The position numbers and the translations under genes were made by a program. From Bacteroidota bacterium (GTDB lineage Bacteria; Bacteroidota; Bacteroidia; Bacteroidales; ML635J-15): a DNA stretch of 57,094 nt. The notes below the pieces were generated by a model. It ran no database searches, was not told the origin of the DNA, and was given only the letters and a program-made list of their open reading frames with translations. Location of the stretch: the NCBI GenBank assembly GCA_034658655.1, contig JAYEFQ010000026.1:1-57094 (forward strand), in the 5' to 3' direction. Shown piece after piece: positions 20,731-29,749 of the stretch; the first letter of the stretch is position 1, and each line of letters opens with the position of its first letter.

Positions 20731-20865
20731 TTTCCCCAACCTGACAGGTCCGCAAAAATTAATTAACTGCTATTGGTCAAACCTCGCATTGTTAATTTCA
20801 GGCGACCTGTCAGGTTGGGGAAGATTAATTAACTGCTGTAGGCTAAACCTCGCATTGTTAATTTC
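20731..20865 (+). repeat. 135-bp structured repeat, left copy of a direct pair flanking the T9SS gene
   Basis: Perfect 19-bp IR ttccccaacctgacaggtc/gacctgtcaggttggggaa; two ~38-bp units aattaactgct...aaacctcgcattgttaattt; near-identical to 23579-23713. Confidence 0.85.
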
Positions 20866-20872
20866 TGATCAT

Positions 20873-20965
20873 GTTGTCCGGTAAAACTTTAGAGATTTCT
20901 CACCGCTGGCTAGCGGTGAGGAATCTCATTAATTTTAGTTCATCATTATATTTTTACCGGACAAC
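20873..20965. mobile_element. Small MITE-like element
   Basis: 14-bp terminal IR gttgtccggtaaaa/ttttaccggacaac; internal palindrome gagatttctcaccgctggctagcggtgaggaatctc. Confidence 0.55.
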
Positions 20966-21058
20966 AGTGATTTTTGATATTAATTTCAACAAACCACAAA
21001 CTAAAAGCAACGTTTTGAAAATTAATTACGTTTATACAATATGTAATAGACACTAAAT

Positions 21059-21208
21059 AGAGTCTGTCCATAAAGTCCGATTTCTGCGTTATGTTCGTAT
21101 TTAAAACAGTCATCCGCCGGCTGGCGGACTCCTTGATTTTAAATACTTCACAAGCTCCCGATTAAATGCGGGACAGGCTTTGAACTCGAACTTTGTGAAT
21201 CAGACTCC
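21059..21208. mobile_element. MITE-like element with nested short palindromes
   Basis: Imperfect terminal IR gagtctgtccataaagt/actttgtgaatcagactc; inserts tccgccggctggcgga and tcccgattaaatgcggga. Confidence 0.5.
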
Positions 21209-21267
21209 GACTAAATGGACGAACACTAAATAAATATACCATTATCAACTAATAAAAAGTACGTCTT

Positions 21268-23565
21268 ATGAAATTAAAACATCTGATAATTATCCTTAGC
21301 CTTACACCCCTATTTGTTTTTGCACAAAACACGAAGGCTTTACATGAATTTAATGACACGGTTTCCCTTCCTGATGGCGATGGAGTATCATACTATGCCC
21401 CAATAGAGGTAAGCGGCTATAATGATAACCAAACCGTTGATGCATTAACAGATATTGAAAGTTTATGCGCAAACTTAGAACACAGTTACCTTGGCGATTT
21501 AATCATTGAGCTACATTGCCCGAACGGACAATATACCACCTTACAAACACAAGGAGGAGGAGGTACGTATCTTGGCGAACCGGTTGATAATGGTCATGTA
21601 GATTCAAATTCTGTTGCCGGCGTGGGTTACGATTATTGCTGGAGTTATTATCCCTCACTACCTACATTTACAGAAGCTGCCTCTAGCGCTTCAACCTTGC
21701 CATCAGGCACATATGCACCTTCAGAGTCTTTTGCAAACCTCTTCGGCTGTCCATTAAACGGCACATGGGAACTCATGATTAGCGACAATTGGACATCGGA
21801 TGATGGCTATTTATTTTCATGGTCTATAGAGTTTTTTGATTATCCAGAAAATTACAGTCTGCTTGAAGGGAAAATTTTTGCTGACATGAATGAAAACACT
21901 GTATTTGATATCGATGAATTTCCAATGTCAAACATCTTAATTAGTGCGACACCAGGACCAATATACGGTTTTGCAAACGACACAGGCTATTACCGAATGT
22001 GGTTACCACCAGGAACCTTTGATATCCAACAAATTGGACTATATGAAAACTGGACACAATTACATCCAGACAACCCACCGACTTATCAAATTACAGCAGA
22101 AGGTGGTGATACGATTAGCAACATAAATTTTGCCAACATTTCAGATAATTATTGTCCAAACATGGAAGTTGATATTAATATGAGCAATCCGATAATTTGT
22201 CAAACAACATACATTCAAGTTCATTACGAAAACACCGGTAGCGTGCTAGCAGAGAATGCTGAAATAGCCGTTTTATTAGACGAGAATCTGACATATCTCA
22301 GCGGCGGAAATTTAATTGAACAAAACGGACAAATATTACACTTTGACATTGGAAATATTGACATCATGGAAAATGGTGGATTTGCTTTTCAGGCTGAGTA
22401 CTCCTGTGAACCAGATTTAATGGGAACAACAGCCTGCATTGAAGCACATATTTATCCTGACTCCAGTTGCAACGACCCTGATCCTGCATGGGATAGCTCA
22501 AGCATTGCAGTGGAAGGTGAATGTGTAGATGATACAGAAGTTTGCTTTTACATTACAAATACCGGAGACCTAGGAGATGGCAATATGAATGGCACATCTG
22601 AATATCGAATGTTTGAAGATGATGTTATGGTTGAAACCGGAAATTTTCAAATTAATGGCGGTGAAACGATGGAGCTATGCTACACTGCAACGGGAACGAC
22701 ACTACGCTTAGAAGCCGACCAACGACCCGGACACCCTGGAAACAGTCACCCTAATGCTGCGATTGAAGGATGTGGTTCTCCAAATAATTCCAGCGGATTT
22801 ATTTTAAACTATCCACAAGATGATTTAGATAATTTCGTGGAAATTGATTGCCAAGAAGTGTTTAACTCCTACGATCCTAATGACAAATCGGTTATCCCAC
22901 AAGGCATAGCAAGTGGGCATTTCATTGATTCTACGCAAGTTTTAGAATATAAAATTCGTTTCCAAAATACAGGAACAGCACTGGCTCAACGAGTTATTAT
23001 TATTGACGATATTTCTAATTATCTAAATATTGAAAGTTTTCAACCACTAAGTGCCAGTCATAACTACAGCATTGATTTTCCGAATGCAAGCTCAATTCGC
23101 TGGACTTTTAACGATATTAACCTGCCGGACAGCAATACAAATGAAGTAGAGAGTCATGGATATGTAAAATTCAAAATCCATCAAAATCAGGGAAATCAAA
23201 TTAATACAGAAATTACAAACCAGGCAAAAATATACTTTGACTATAATTTGCCGATAATCACCAATGAAGTATTTAATACCATTGGAGATATGTCTCATGT
23301 ATTTACTTCTGATGAAATTTTGGAAAGCGATCAGTTTTCAACATATCCAAATCCGGCAAGCAATTTTGTTCATTTCAGTTCAAATGAAAACATTCAACGC
23401 ATTGAGCTATACGATACAAACGGACGAATTATTCAAATTTTCACGAATGTAAATCAAACAAAGGTAAAACTGTCTGTTTCGAATTATGCAGCTGGTTTAT
23501 ATTACTATCGTGTAACAGATAAAACCAATGCAATATATGGTGGGAAAATTTTAATTCAACGATAA
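21268..23565 (+). CDS. T9SS type A sorting-domain protein (proprotein-convertase P-domain-like region, SdrD-B-like and conserved repeat domains)
   Basis: Signal peptide; EHSYLGDL..L.CPNG, SYDPNDK, YKIRFQNTGTA, IYFDYN and YPNPA CTD motifs. Confidence 0.82.
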   Translation: MKLKHLIIILSLTPLFVFAQNTKALHEFNDTVSLPDGDGVSYYAPIEVSGYNDNQTVDALTDIESLCANLEHSYLGDLIIELHCPNGQYTTLQTQGGGGTYLGEPVDNGHVDSNSVAGVGYDYCWSYYPSLPTFTEAASSASTLPSGTYAPSESFANLFGCPLNGTWELMISDNWTSDDGYLFSWSIEFFDYPENYSLLEGKIFADMNENTVFDIDEFPMSNILISATPGPIYGFANDTGYYRMWLPPGTFDIQQIGLYENWTQLHPDNPPTYQITAEGGDTISNINFANISDNYCPNMEVDINMSNPIICQTTYIQVHYENTGSVLAENAEIAVLLDENLTYLSGGNLIEQNGQILHFDIGNIDIMENGGFAFQAEYSCEPDLMGTTACIEAHIYPDSSCNDPDPAWDSSSIAVEGECVDDTEVCFYITNTGDLGDGNMNGTSEYRMFEDDVMVETGNFQINGGETMELCYTATGTTLRLEADQRPGHPGNSHPNAAIEGCGSPNNSSGFILNYPQDDLDNFVEIDCQEVFNSYDPNDKSVIPQGIASGHFIDSTQVLEYKIRFQNTGTALAQRVIIIDDISNYLNIESFQPLSASHNYSIDFPNASSIRWTFNDINLPDSNTNEVESHGYVKFKIHQNQGNQINTEITNQAKIYFDYNLPIITNEVFNTIGDMSHVFTSDEILESDQFSTYPNPASNFVHFSSNENIQRIELYDTNGRIIQIFTNVNQTKVKLSVSNYAAGLYYYRVTDKTNAIYGGKILIQR

Positions 23566-23578
23566 ATTATTCGTTTGT

Positions 23579-23739
23579 TTTCCCCAACTTGACAGGTCCG
23601 CAAGAATAAATTAACTGCTATTGGCGAAACCTCGCATTGTTAATTTTAGGCGACCTGTCAGGTTGGGGATGATTAATTAACTGCTGTAGGCGAAACCTCG
23701 CATTGTTAATTTCAGGCGACATGTCAGGTTGGGTGTGAT
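23579..23739 (+). repeat. 135-bp structured repeat, right copy, plus an extra partial unit
   Basis: Direct copy of 20731-20865 with few substitutions, followed by a second aggcgacatgtcaggttggg. Confidence 0.85.
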
Positions 23740-23772
23740 ATATCAATTTGTAAATTATGTAGGATGTTGCAA

Positions 23773-23941
23773 CAGGGCGGAAACCGGCAGCCTTGCTTTG
23801 CGGTTTTTTTCTTGTGAACGGCTGATGCATAGTGACCGAAGGAAACTCATGCGAGCAGCCAATGAACAAAAAAAACTGCATAGCAAGCTATAGGTTGCAG
23901 ACCGTTCGCTGGGAATGCTTGTGGGCAGGGGCGAGTTGCCC
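23773..23941. other. GC-rich long imperfect hairpin of unknown function
   Basis: cttgctttgcggttttttt pairs with aaaaaaactgcatagcaag; ggctgatgcat pairs with atgcgagcagcc around a ccgaagg loop; a second small hairpin gggca..tgccc follows. Confidence 0.45.
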
Positions 23942-23960
23942 AAAAAATCAATTACAAAAT

Positions 23961-24878
23961 CTAATGTCCGTCTAAATCGTTGAGCATCCACAAGGCATGT
24001 TTCAAGCTTTTTAAAATGTACCACATGTATTCACCGACAGCTTTTGGGCTCCCTGGAAGGCAATAAACCAGTGATTGCGCACGTACCCCAGCCAAAGAAC
24101 GACTTAATGTGGCGTTTGGATTGCTTTCGGAGGTTTTCACTCGAATAAACTCCATAATTCCGGGAATTTCCATATCTAACATGGGGCGAACGACATCAGG
24201 AGTAATATCGCGATTGGATATTCCTGTACCACCACTTGTAATAATTATATCAGAACCTGAATCAAATATCAGTTGTTTCAGTTGATCTGCATCGTCAGAG
24301 ATAATTCGCGAATCTGCAGAAAAACGGAGTTTCTTATTTTCAAAAAAGTTCTCTAATTGCTCCACAATGAGTGGTCCGCTTTGATCTTTGTATTCCCCTG
24401 CGCTAGCCCTGTCGCTAAGTGTAATAATTTTGGCGCGAAAAATTTTCGGCACCCATTCAATCGAATCGCCTGCACGCACCACTCCGGCTTTTAAAACTCG
24501 ACAAAATACAGCAAAATGTGGAGTCACATAATGTCCGACCAATGTCACCGTTTTATGCATGGGTTTTCCTATAGAAGTGACTTCCAACACCGCATCGCCA
24601 ATGCGAAATATATCAAGCGGCTGCACCTGCAAATCATCCAAATAAGAACAAAAAATATTTTCAGCAAATGCACCGTATTCAAAATCGGGAGCTCCCGTAA
24701 AGCTTTTAAGTTCTTCAATTCGATTTGCACCCAAAAGCGATACCTGACGATACTTAGAGCCGAAATGCACATCATCAATAACCCCGCCCGGTTGCAATTG
24801 AATTTCAGACTGTTCAAATTTTCTACCACGGATTTTTGCTGAGGAAACAGCCAATACATTTAATTCTTGATTTTGCAT
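23961..24878 (-). CDS. mog: MOSC domain fused to MogA/MoaB molybdopterin adenylyltransferase
   Basis: N-terminal MOSC-like region (RQVSLL, GAFAEN); C-terminal TLSDR...D.SG, TSGGTG..RD.TP and LPGSPKA motifs; likely start ATG 24878 right after the moaC stop. Confidence 0.82.
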   Translation of the reverse strand: MQNQELNVLAVSSAKIRGRKFEQSEIQLQPGGVIDDVHFGSKYRQVSLLGANRIEELKSFTGAPDFEYGAFAENIFCSYLDDLQVQPLDIFRIGDAVLEVTSIGKPMHKTVTLVGHYVTPHFAVFCRVLKAGVVRAGDSIEWVPKIFRAKIITLSDRASAGEYKDQSGPLIVEQLENFFENKKLRFSADSRIISDDADQLKQLIFDSGSDIIITSGGTGISNRDITPDVVRPMLDMEIPGIMEFIRVKTSESNPNATLSRSLAGVRAQSLVYCLPGSPKAVGEYMWYILKSLKHALWMLNDLDGH

Positions 24879-24879
24879 A

Positions 24880-25344
24880 TTATTTAGAGGCTTTCTTAGT
24901 TTTTTTAGTTTTTTCAATAAGATGAATAGCACCAATTTCCATTTGCTTATCAATGCTTTTACACATATCGTAAATATTCAGTAACGCGACAGAAACACCG
25001 GTAAGAGCTTCCATTTCCACACCGGTTTTACCATAACTTTGTGCAGTACACCGTACCCAAATTCCCTCCGATTCAGGAATTACTTCCATTTCCACGCCAT
25101 GTACGGGAATATTATGTGCCAAAATAATAAGTTCAGACGTTTTTTTTGCGCCGTTGATTCCTGAGATACGACTCAATGCATGCACATCGCCTTTTTTTAA
25201 TTTATTTTCCGATATGACACTGATACAATCAGTATTTAACCGGATAAAACCTTCTGCTACGGCTTTTCGCAAAACATCCGCTTTATCGGTAACAGAAACC
25301 ATGTGCACTTCGCCTTTAGGATTGGTATGTGAAAATTTTGTCAT
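24880..25344 (-). CDS. moaC: Cyclic pyranopterin monophosphate synthase
   Basis: FSH...MV.V..K, KKGDV and KTGVEMEALTGV...YDMCKS motifs. Confidence 0.95.
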   Translation of the reverse strand: MTKFSHTNPKGEVHMVSVTDKADVLRKAVAEGFIRLNTDCISVISENKLKKGDVHALSRISGINGAKKTSELIILAHNIPVHGVEMEVIPESEGIWVRCTAQSYGKTGVEMEALTGVSVALLNIYDMCKSIDKQMEIGAIHLIEKTKKTKKASK

Positions 25345-25345
25345 C

Positions 25346-26146
25346 TTATCCTCCAATTTGATTAAAATGTCCTTTTATGCTTTTACTGCCTGCCTTAGGT
25401 TTTTGTTTCAAACTCATTTCCAATGCCTTTTCTATTCCCATTTCTCGGACATCAAATGCTAAATCGCTGAACAAACAAGGTTTTAATAATCCGTTTGCCG
25501 TTAAACGCAATCGATTGCAAATTTTACAATTTCCACCATCGCCGCCTTCAACATAAGTGAAAGTCCCATTTTTAAGATTCATTTCCTGAATAAAACGCAA
25601 TTCGAGTCCATTTTTCTGACAAAATTCTCGCAATTTAAGTTCATCCTCAGGCAGCGTAAGCTGATTTCGCACCATATTGATTTTTATGGGATTAAGTCCT
25701 GCATTTTGCGCTGCTTTAATTCCTCGTAACACTTGATTTACATCGCCACCACGGGTAATTTTCCGATAACGATCAGGATTTAAACTGTCCAAACTCACAT
25801 TGACACGTTGTAAGCCTGCGGATTTGAGTTTATGAGCAAATTTTTCGAGCAAAATGCCGTTTGTTGTCATACTTAAATCGGTAATTTCGGGAATCGCAGA
25901 CAACATCTCAACTAATTTGTCAATATCTTGGCGAACCAAGGGCTCACCACCGGTTAAACGAACTTTATTAATGCCTTTTTCTACAAGATAAACGGTAATA
26001 TCATGCATTTCCTCGTAAGACAAAATGTCTTCGTGCTTAAATGTCTGAATTCCTTCTGGTGGCATGCAATAAACACATCGCAAATTACATCTGTCGGTAA
26101 CAGAAATTCGCAAATAATTAATATTTCGATTATATTGATCTTGCAT
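25346..26146 (-). CDS. moaA: GTP 3',8-cyclase (radical SAM), shortened
   Basis: YLRISVTDRCNLRCVYC, TGGEP, CKICNRLRLT..G.LKPCL and C-terminal GG. Confidence 0.93.
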   Translation of the reverse strand: MQDQYNRNINYLRISVTDRCNLRCVYCMPPEGIQTFKHEDILSYEEMHDITVYLVEKGINKVRLTGGEPLVRQDIDKLVEMLSAIPEITDLSMTTNGILLEKFAHKLKSAGLQRVNVSLDSLNPDRYRKITRGGDVNQVLRGIKAAQNAGLNPIKINMVRNQLTLPEDELKLREFCQKNGLELRFIQEMNLKNGTFTYVEGGDGGNCKICNRLRLTANGLLKPCLFSDLAFDVREMGIEKALEMSLKQKPKAGSKSIKGHFNQIGG

Positions 26147-27317
26147 GCAAAAATTCTCCTTTTTCTATATTAATTTTTTCTGCCGGAACACATGCAAATC
26201 CGTCGATATCCGTTAATGCTGCAAGATGGCCAGAGCCATTATATTTCACAGGAAATAATTCGTTTTTAATAATTTTTACGGGAATCCAACTATCACGATC
26301 TGACTTTTTTGAGACAATAAGTTCCCCTATCGGCAAGATTAAATCTATATTCGAAATTTTAGCACCGCAAGCCGCATAAATCATAGGTTTTCCAAGTAAA
26401 ATAAACTGAATAAAACCAGAAATTGGATTTCCTGGCAATCCTAAAATTACAGAGTTTCCTTTTTTGGCCAACAATGTCGGTTTTCCAGGTTTTACGGCTA
26501 TCTTATGAAAAATAATTTCATAACCGGCATCCTGAATTAATTTCGGTACAAAATCAAAATCTCCCATGGAAACACCTCCGGTAAAAATGGATAAATCATA
26601 CCGACTGCAAGATTCCATAATCGTATTTAAGCTCCTCTTATCGTCGGCGACAATTCCCGAGTAATCAGCCTGAATGCCAATTGCCTGTAACTGCGCCTTA
26701 AGCTGCCATGCATTGGAATTTCGAATTTGCGAAGCACCCGGCGTTTTGTCGGGCTCTACCAATTCAGAGCCAGTGGTTACAATTTGTACTCGTGGCAATT
26801 TTGACACCAGAATGTTCACATATCCCTCAGCAGCCATCAAACCAATGTGCTGTGCTTGTATAACAGTACCTGCAGAAATCAAAATATCTTCCATTTTATA
26901 ATCCTCAGCCTGCATTGCAATATTGGATTTCCTACCGGGATGATTAATCACAATTTCCTTATCAGAAATTTGCTCAATATCTTCTTTCATTACCATCCAA
27001 TCGGCATTTTCAGGAACGGGAGCTCCTGTCATTATCGAAACGGTCTCCCCTGCTTTCATATCGAAATGTTTATTGGCACCGGCAGCAATTTGCCCGATCA
27101 CAGTAAGTTTTTGTCCAGTCTGAGGCGCTATACAGGCATACCCATCAACCGCTGCTTTATTAAAAGGCGGCATATCTCGTTTTGCACGTATATCCTGAGC
27201 CAAAACCCGCCCGAGTGATGAATCAAAACGGATTTTTTCAGTATCCATAGACTTCATTGCCGCAAGACAATGCGTATATGCTGCTTGTAAACTTATCATT
27301 TGATTGTTTTTTTCCAT
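26130..27317 (-). CDS. moeA: Molybdopterin molybdenum/tungsten transferase
   Basis: PPF.KAAVDGYA, IMTGAP, TGSEL, TGGVSMGDFD, KPGKP and LPGNP motifs. Confidence 0.95.
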   Translation of the reverse strand: MEKNNQMISLQAAYTHCLAAMKSMDTEKIRFDSSLGRVLAQDIRAKRDMPPFNKAAVDGYACIAPQTGQKLTVIGQIAAGANKHFDMKAGETVSIMTGAPVPENADWMVMKEDIEQISDKEIVINHPGRKSNIAMQAEDYKMEDILISAGTVIQAQHIGLMAAEGYVNILVSKLPRVQIVTTGSELVEPDKTPGASQIRNSNAWQLKAQLQAIGIQADYSGIVADDKRSLNTIMESCSRYDLSIFTGGVSMGDFDFVPKLIQDAGYEIIFHKIAVKPGKPTLLAKKGNSVILGLPGNPISGFIQFILLGKPMIYAACGAKISNIDLILPIGELIVSKKSDRDSWIPVKIIKNELFPVKYNGSGHLAALTDIDGFACVPAEKINIEKGEFLHARSI

Positions 27318-27850
27318 TCATTATTCTTCCAGCTTAACATTTCTGGAAAGCCATTTCTTTCCTCGTCTGAGCGCAAAACCGTATCGGCTAAATGCATAAA
27401 TTGTTGAGCTGAATCCTTAATGGGCTTTTCAGAATTAACAATCATGACATAGTATTTCGGGTGGATGAATTTTCGCAAAATATTTGATTCCAAAATCACG
27501 GGTTGTCCAGTTTCGCAAATTGTTTGCAAGTGAGTTAGAAATTGTTTCTCACCGGTTGTATGTGCCGCAAGAAACCATCCCTGATTGGCACCGGAACTTA
27601 GAAAGCGACCAGAATCTTTATTCACTGCTTTTCGCTCACGGATTGCAAAGAAATCTTTGTCTTTATAATCGGGATAATGCCTTTGAAAATCGCCTTCATC
27701 ATCGTACAAGACCGCTTTTACTGCAATAATCGGCAAATCAGCAAAATGCTCAATGATTTTACGAATTAAAGTGGTTTTTCCGCTGTTTTTGGAACTTCCA
27801 CCTATCATCATCAGGTTAGGAAAATATGGAATTGTTTGTTTCATCTTCAT
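27296..27850 (-). CDS. MobB-like P-loop protein
   Basis: IGGSSKNSGKTT Walker A, KDS.RFL..GA and ILESN; located in the Moco operon. Confidence 0.6.
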   Translation of the reverse strand: MKMKQTIPYFPNLMMIGGSSKNSGKTTLIRKIIEHFADLPIIAVKAVLYDDEGDFQRHYPDYKDKDFFAIRERKAVNKDSGRFLSSGANQGWFLAAHTTGEKQFLTHLQTICETGQPVILESNILRKFIHPKYYVMIVNSEKPIKDSAQQFMHLADTVLRSDEERNGFPEMLSWKNNEWKKTIK

Positions 27851-27874
27851 GTTATTTTAAAACTATACAATATA

Positions 27875-27882
27875 CAAAGTTA
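27875..27882 (-). promoter_or_regulatory. Bacteroidota -7 promoter box for the Moco biosynthesis genes
   Basis: TAACTTTG on the minus strand, 25 nt upstream of the MobB-like start. Confidence 0.55.
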
Positions 27883-27920
27883 ATCAATTCCTGTTCATGA
27901 ATGAAATTTAGGAAATGGAT

Positions 27921-28032
27921 AATACCGATTTAAACATCAAAATGCCGATATAATTCATTTTATTTCTTGCATCTGCCATGTGATGGATTCTACATCGGCA
28001 TAATACCTGCAGTTTTAATTAATAAATGGCTA
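27921..28032 (-). mobile_element. Dispersed MITE-like repeat, divergent copy
   Basis: Reverse complement reads aactgcaggtattatgccgatgtagaatc...atatcggcattttga...aatcggtatt, matching both ends of copy A. Confidence 0.55.
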
Positions 28033-28174
28033 AGTACATGTTAGAATGTAACTTGGTAAAAATTTTGAACGAAGTAAAAAAATTAAGCAACTTGCTAGCA
28101 GTTCGGTATAAATCCTCTTTTCTAGTTAATATATATAATAAATATCGCATAAATTTAGAGTTTTAAATTACTGT

Positions 28175-28435
28175 TTTTTATTTCGTATAAACTCTATATA
28201 ACAGTTTAAATAAGATGATAGCCGTTACTAACGGTTAGTAACGAATAAATCAATTAATTTTAAGTTACTTTTAACTACATAATATCTAAATATCTGAATT
28301 AGAGTGATTTATACTTGATTAATATGCTATAATTATCATTTAATATAACTATCATTCAAATAACTTTTAATTTTCGTATAAATAACACACACACTACCAA
28401 CACAAGGGATAGCCGCTACTAACGGTTATAAACGA
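28175..28435. repeat. Bipartite motif repeated with 191-bp period in an AT-rich gap
   Basis: tttcgtataaa-N25-gatagccgYtactaacggtta at 28181 and 28372. Confidence 0.55.
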
Positions 28436-28621
28436 CTATGCGTACAAGTATCAACATCTATTCACATACTTTAAACAATTTTCTCACAATCTTAAAACGC
28501 AACTTGCTAAACCTTCATTTAAATCTAAAAGTGCATCGTAATTATTTTAAAAATATTTTTAATCCTTTGTTTCATACCAAGTTCAGAACAACTGAGCTTA
28601 AAAATGTAAAAGCTTGGTTTT

Positions 28622-28725
28622 TACCGATTGTCATTCAAAACTACCGATATGCTACACTTTGCTTCGCCTATCGGTGTTGAATCTACATTGGCATTATACC
28701 GGAATTTTTAATTTTTAAGTGGTAT
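28622..28725 (-). mobile_element. Dispersed ~105-bp MITE-like repeat, copy B
   Basis: Near-identical inverted copy of 14995-15099; overlaps the last codons and stop of the ABC ATPase gene. Confidence 0.7.
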
Positions 28726-29749
28726 CACATGCTGTCATGCTATAATCTGAAATTTGTATCTGCACGTTTTGTCCTACTGAGAAATTTAAAGCTGTTTTTT
28801 TCAAGGCATACAGGCGAATTGTTTTTAACTGGACAACCAGAATTTCTCCACTTTGATCATTAAAAAGATCAAACACAATTCCGTGAGGCTTCACTTCCGT
28901 TGCCGAAACATTAACGTTCTCTGGAGCAATGACAATCCGCAGTTTGTCTTTGTTTTGCAAGTCCTCAGGGACAGACAAGTAAATATCATCTGACAATTTA
29001 ACTTCCGCTTGATGTGCGGCATTTTTAATTTCAAAATAATTTTTCACTCCGGTAAATGCAGCAATAAACGCATTAGCAGGATGATTAAAAACGGCATGAG
29101 TTTCTCCTGATTGTATCAATTTTCCCTGATGCAAAACGCCGAGTTTATTAGCCAAAGCCAAAGCAAGCTGATAATCATGCGTGACATGGATAAAAGTCTG
29201 CCCTTCGCGATTAAGTTTTCTCAACAAACTTTGCAATTGAAATTTATAATGCTGATCAAGCGAACGCATAGGCTCGTCAAGCAGAATAATATCAGGTTTC
29301 ATGGCAAGGGTTCGAGCCAAAACCACACGCTGAATTTCTCCACCTGAAAGGCTGTCTGAATATCTCGACAGTAAATTATCAACACCACAGGTTTTTGCAA
29401 GCTTTTGAACTTCCTCTTGCCGTTCTGATTTGCTCAAATGATTTAATGGATATGCAATGTTTTCACTCACTGTTTTATGCGGAAAAATAGAATCTCCCTG
29501 AAACATAATTCCAAATTTTCGTTCAGACATGGATTGTTTTGTAATATCCTGGTCACGAAACACGATTATACCGGAATCTGCTTTTTTTATCCCTGCAATC
29601 ACATCAAGCAACATGGATTTTCCTGCACCAGACTGTCCCAAAACAACATAATAGTCCCCAAGGGATATATCTATAGAAATATCCGAAAGCGAAAAATCGC
29701 CAAGCGTTTTATTAATTTGCCGTATGCTTAACATGCTTTGGTTTTGCAA
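28715..29749 (-). CDS. wtpC: Tungstate/molybdate ABC transporter ATP-binding subunit
   Basis: GQSGAGKS, LSGGE, LLDEP and HVTHD motifs; operon context. Confidence 0.8.
   Translation of the reverse strand: MQNQSMLSIRQINKTLGDFSLSDISIDISLGDYYVVLGQSGAGKSMLLDVIAGIKKADSGIIVFRDQDITKQSMSERKFGIMFQGDSIFPHKTVSENIAYPLNHLSKSERQEEVQKLAKTCGVDNLLSRYSDSLSGGEIQRVVLARTLAMKPDIILLDEPMRSLDQHYKFQLQSLLRKLNREGQTFIHVTHDYQLALALANKLGVLHQGKLIQSGETHAVFNHPANAFIAAFTGVKNYFEIKNAAHQAEVKLSDDIYLSVPEDLQNKDKLRIVIAPENVNVSATEVKPHGIVFDLFNDQSGEILVVQLKTIRLYALKKTALNFSVGQNVQIQISDYSMTACDTT

Noticed and set aside
20760-23739. 38-bp units resembling CRISPR repeats
   Set aside because: Only two per locus, the intervening 'spacers' are copies of one another, and no cas genes are present
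23618-24024. Short ORFs 23618-23881 and 23755-24024 (also 20871-21056 and 28438-28680)
   Set aside because: They run through repeat or hairpin DNA, with no protein-like motifs
27851-28621. oriC, ModE box or Moco riboswitch in the AT-rich gap
   Set aside because: No DnaA-box cluster, no correctly spaced ModE palindrome and no Moco RNA conserved segments recognisable by eye
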